Of a stretch of DNA of 42,527 nucleotides, positions 39,735 through 42,527 are shown one piece after another. The stretch covers positions 1 through 42,527 of the forward strand of contig DASSLE010000092.1 in the NCBI GenBank assembly GCA_035689725.1, in the 5' to 3' direction. Every line of letters begins with the position of its first letter. The stretch's first letter is position 1. This DNA comes from Pseudolabrys sp. (GTDB taxonomy: Bacteria; Pseudomonadota; Alphaproteobacteria; Rhizobiales; Xanthobacteraceae). The position numbers and the translations under genes are program-made. The notes below the pieces were generated by a model. The model worked only from the letters and a program-made list of their open reading frames with translations. It searched no databases and was not told the origin of the DNA.

Positions 39735-41095
39735 GACCGCTTCTCCGCCTGTGGGCTTACATCCTTGATCAAATAGCCTGTGACGGAGCGCCGCTTGTCG
39801 AGCCACTGCCGTGCAGCATCCCGCACCTCGCCAGCAGTCACGGCGCGGATGCGATCCGGCCAGCGCCGCACGTCGTTGACGGATGCGCCTGTGGTCAGTG
39901 CAGTGCCGTACCAGCGAGCCATGCTGGCCTGGTTATCCTGGGTATAGACCGCGTCCGCAATCAACCGGGTCCTGGCGCGCTCCAGCTCTTCTTCTGTGAC
40001 ACCCTTGTCGATGACCTGGGCGATGACCGCGTCCATTTCCGACTCCAGCTGGGGCAGCGTAACGCCAGGTCGTGGCGAACCGTGAACACCGAATTTCGAC
40101 ATGTCCAACTCGCTCGCGTCGTACCAGGCGTTGGCTACGACTGCGAGCTGCTTGTCAACGACCAGCGCGCGATAAAGACGGCTGTTGGAGCCGCCCCCAA
40201 GAATGTGCGCGAGCACTTCAAGCGCTTCGGACTCGCCGCGCTTGGCCGTGCTGAACGACGGCACCAGATACGCTCGTTGTAGAGTCGGCATCTCGACTCG
40301 CGGATCGGCGAGCGTGAGCGAGCGCACCGCCACGGGCGGCGGCTCTTGTGCTCTCATCCGCGGCGCCATAGGGCCATGGCGGGCTATCTTGCCATAGGTA
40401 CCCTCGGCAAGCGCACGCGCCTGCGCTGGGTCGATGTCGCCGGCAATCACGACCACCGCATTGTTGGGCGCGTAGAAGCGGCGGTAGAAACCGATGGCGT
40501 CATCGCGGGAGAGCTGCTCCATTTCATGACGCCAACCGATGACCGGCTTTCCATATGGATGGTTCAGATAAAGCGCAGCGTCGATCTGCTCGGTAAGGCG
40601 AGCACCGGGGTTGTTTCCAACGCGCTGGTTCTGCTCCTCGAGAATGACATTGCGCTCGGGCAAGACGACTTCATCGGTGAGCTGAAGGCCAGTCATGCGG
40701 TCAGCTTCGAATTCCATGACAGTCTTGAGCTGCTCACTTGGCACGCGCTGAAAATAGCCGGTGTAGTCCTCCGAGGTGAAGGCATTCTCCTGCCCGCCGA
40801 TGCCCGCGACCACCTGCGAGAATTTTCCGGCCGGATTTTTGGCGGTGCCCTTGAACATGAGATGCTCAAGGAAGTGCGCCAATCCCGACTTGCCTTGCGT
40901 TTCATCGGCCGCACCCACCTTGTACCAGATCATATGTGTGACCACCGGCGCACGGTGGTCGGGGATGACCACCAGCTCCAAGCCGTTGGCAAGGGTGAAG
41001 TCGGCGACATCGGGGCCAGCCTGCTCGGCGGCAAGCGAAGAAGAGGTGAGCGCGCCAACGAGCGCGATGAGCGTTAAGTTTTTCTTGGCAAGCAC
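39731..41095 (-). CDS. M16 family zinc peptidase, catalytic subunit
   Basis: GLAHFLEHLMFKGT (HxxEH), ENAFTS, HPYGKPVIGW; probable GTG start at 41095 followed by a signal peptide. Confidence 0.92.
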   Translation of the reverse strand: MLAKKNLTLIALVGALTSSSLAAEQAGPDVADFTLANGLELVVIPDHRAPVVTHMIWYKVGAADETQGKSGLAHFLEHLMFKGTAKNPAGKFSQVVAGIGGQENAFTSEDYTGYFQRVPSEQLKTVMEFEADRMTGLQLTDEVVLPERNVILEEQNQRVGNNPGARLTEQIDAALYLNHPYGKPVIGWRHEMEQLSRDDAIGFYRRFYAPNNAVVVIAGDIDPAQARALAEGTYGKIARHGPMAPRMRAQEPPPVAVRSLTLADPRVEMPTLQRAYLVPSFSTAKRGESEALEVLAHILGGGSNSRLYRALVVDKQLAVVANAWYDASELDMSKFGVHGSPRPGVTLPQLESEMDAVIAQVIDKGVTEEELERARTRLIADAVYTQDNQASMARWYGTALTTGASVNDVRRWPDRIRAVTAGEVRDAARQWLDKRRSVTGYLIKDVSPQAEKRS

Positions 41096-41185
41096 GATGT
41101 TGGACCTGGGTATGTTGCAATCGTGCCGCAGCACAAAATCCGACTACGCCGCCAGCCACGCAACTGAGCTAGACTGCCACCACTG

Positions 41186-41884
41186 TTAATGAGACGGCTC
41201 AGAATGTGTGGTGTAGTAGTCGGTCGGTTTCGAAGCTGTCGCCTTACCGACTCCATAGGGCTGATCCGGCGAGGGTGTTTGATAGCCGGGCGGAGGATCG
41301 GTCAACGAGGCGCGCGGCGGCTCGCCTGTGAATTTTGCCGTTTCTTCCTTTTTGCTGCCGAACATCGTGCCGAACAGATTGCCTTTGTAGCCGAGCTCCG
41401 ATGGCATAATTTGGCTGCCGAAACCAGAAGCTGGCGCCTCATAGCCGTTGTCACTACTCGCTTGCTTTTTCTTGTTCTTGGCGCGACTGGGATTCAGTTG
41501 ATCGGGACGCAGCGGATTCTGTTCGAGCTCGCGCTCGTCGCTGATGTTGCGATCCCGCTGCACGGCCGCTTCCGCCTTGCGGCGGGCAACGTCAGGATCT
41601 TTCGGCCACGCCGGATTGGCGGTGACAGCGTCGCTCCGCTCGGGCGGCGGCAGATCGCGACTGGGTGGAAGCACAAGGGGTGCGCGTTCCCGGTAGTTGA
41701 TGGTCGCTTCGCCGTCGCGCTTGAGGCCGAGCCCGTCCATGATGCTGCGCATAAATTTCTGATCAACCGAGACGTCATCGTCGGCGGCGCGCGCGGGGGC
41801 GGAAAGCAGCAACGCGGCCGCGCCGAGCGCCAGCCCGAAGGAAGCACAGCTTGTGAGGACCTTGGTCAGATGCATCTTGTTCAT
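41186..41884 (-). CDS. exported hypothetical protein (possibly DUF3035-related)
   Basis: Signal peptide (APARA|A), YRERAPLVLPP, WPKDPD, LTDPPPGY; lies between lspA and the M16 pair. Confidence 0.75.
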   Translation of the reverse strand: MNKMHLTKVLTSCASFGLALGAAALLLSAPARAADDDVSVDQKFMRSIMDGLGLKRDGEATINYRERAPLVLPPSRDLPPPERSDAVTANPAWPKDPDVARRKAEAAVQRDRNISDERELEQNPLRPDQLNPSRAKNKKKQASSDNGYEAPASGFGSQIMPSELGYKGNLFGTMFGSKKEETAKFTGEPPRASLTDPPPGYQTPSPDQPYGVGKATASKPTDYYTTHSEPSH

Positions 41885-41933
41885 CCGGAACCGGACCTTG
41901 AATCCATTGAATTGTTGTAACTCTTGCGTCGGA

Positions 41934-42443
41934 TCAGGGCGCTTTTGCGGCGCGGTCCATTACAAGAGATTCATACAACAGGCCTATAACCCCGGCAACG
42001 ATGGCTACATCGGCTAGGTTAAAAACATACCAGTTGAACTGCCAATTCGGCGTGGAAATGTGGAAAAAGACGAAATCGGCGACCCAACCATAGGCCAAAC
42101 GGTCGATTGCATTGCCGAAGGCCCCGCCGATGATCAAGCCGAGCGAGAGCGCGGTAAGCCGGTCTCTCGCGTGCGCAAGCCAGATCCAGAGCAGCAGGAC
42201 AGCGACCGCCTTGAACCCCAGTAACACCCACTGACCGAGCGGACCTTGGGTTTGGAAAAGGCCATAGCTGATGCCCGTATTGCGGGCGAGAACGATGTCG
42301 ATCAACGGGCCAAGTCGTACCGGTCCATTGGCGGCGAGATCGAACACGAGCAGGAGGTAAACTTTGCTGGCCTGGTCGAGAAGACAAACAATCGCCGCAA
42401 CGGCAAATCCGAAGCGCGTTTGCGGACCGATGAGATGGGACAC
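41934..42443 (-). CDS. lspA: lipoprotein signal peptidase
   Basis: LDQASK, NTGISYG, GGAFGNAIDR, VADF, FNLAD. Confidence 0.96.
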   Translation of the reverse strand: MSHLIGPQTRFGFAVAAIVCLLDQASKVYLLLVFDLAANGPVRLGPLIDIVLARNTGISYGLFQTQGPLGQWVLLGFKAVAVLLLWIWLAHARDRLTALSLGLIIGGAFGNAIDRLAYGWVADFVFFHISTPNWQFNWYVFNLADVAIVAGVIGLLYESLVMDRAAKAP

Positions 42444-42446
42444 GGA

Positions 42447-42527
42447 CTACTCCGCCGCCTTGCGCATAGCTTCCCATTCGCGCAGTGCCTGCGCGTCACG
42501 CGGCGAGACATCCGGGTACTCGGGATC
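42447..42527 (-). CDS. ileS: isoleucine--tRNA ligase, C-terminal 26 aa (partial)
   Basis: DPEYPDVSPRDAQALREWEAMRKAAE* resembles the rhizobial IleRS C-terminus and sits immediately upstream of lspA (classic ileS-lspA order). Confidence 0.75.
   Translation of the reverse strand, partial: DPEYPDVSPRDAQALREWEAMRKAAE

Noticed and set aside
1-42527. CRISPR arrays, tRNAs, IS elements, prophage or defence islands
   Set aside because: No spaced repeats, cloverleaf motifs, transposase or integrase ORFs, or clear composition shift were seen by eye.

Overview
This is a GC-rich chromosomal segment from an alphaproteobacterium, most likely Hyphomicrobiales (Xanthobacteraceae/Pseudolabrys-like, inferred from gene order and protein style). 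From left to right: the 5' end of the dcw cluster on the minus strand (mraZ-rsmH-ftsL-ftsI-murE-murF-mraY, with MraZ boxes); a divergent metallophosphoesterase plus Ser/Thr kinase-USP fusion pair; a peptidoglycan amidase; rnpB; an EamA transporter; and a TRAP transporter with two DctP6/7-type binding proteins (one frameshifted) facing an ATP-dependent 5-oxoprolinase. A housekeeping block follows: DUF6101, pmbA, cysQ-like, DUF4170, DUF374, waaA, lpxK, DUF2093, xseA, purD, a fluoroacetate dehalogenase homolog, a cupin-like protein, an APH-family phosphotransferase, tadA, rluB, rsmD, mutL, arfB, pgi, an M16 peptidase pair, lspA and the ileS 3' end. I saw no tRNA, rRNA, CRISPR array or transposase. 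The best leads are the kinase-USP/phosphoesterase module, a palindromic insert forming a doubly coupled 44-codon ORF between murE and murF, a palindromic repeat translated in-frame inside rluB, a frame break at an A_AAA_AAG heptamer in the second dctP, and a hidden, internally deleted ModA-like gene relic. All family assignments come from motif reading and recall, with no database searches.
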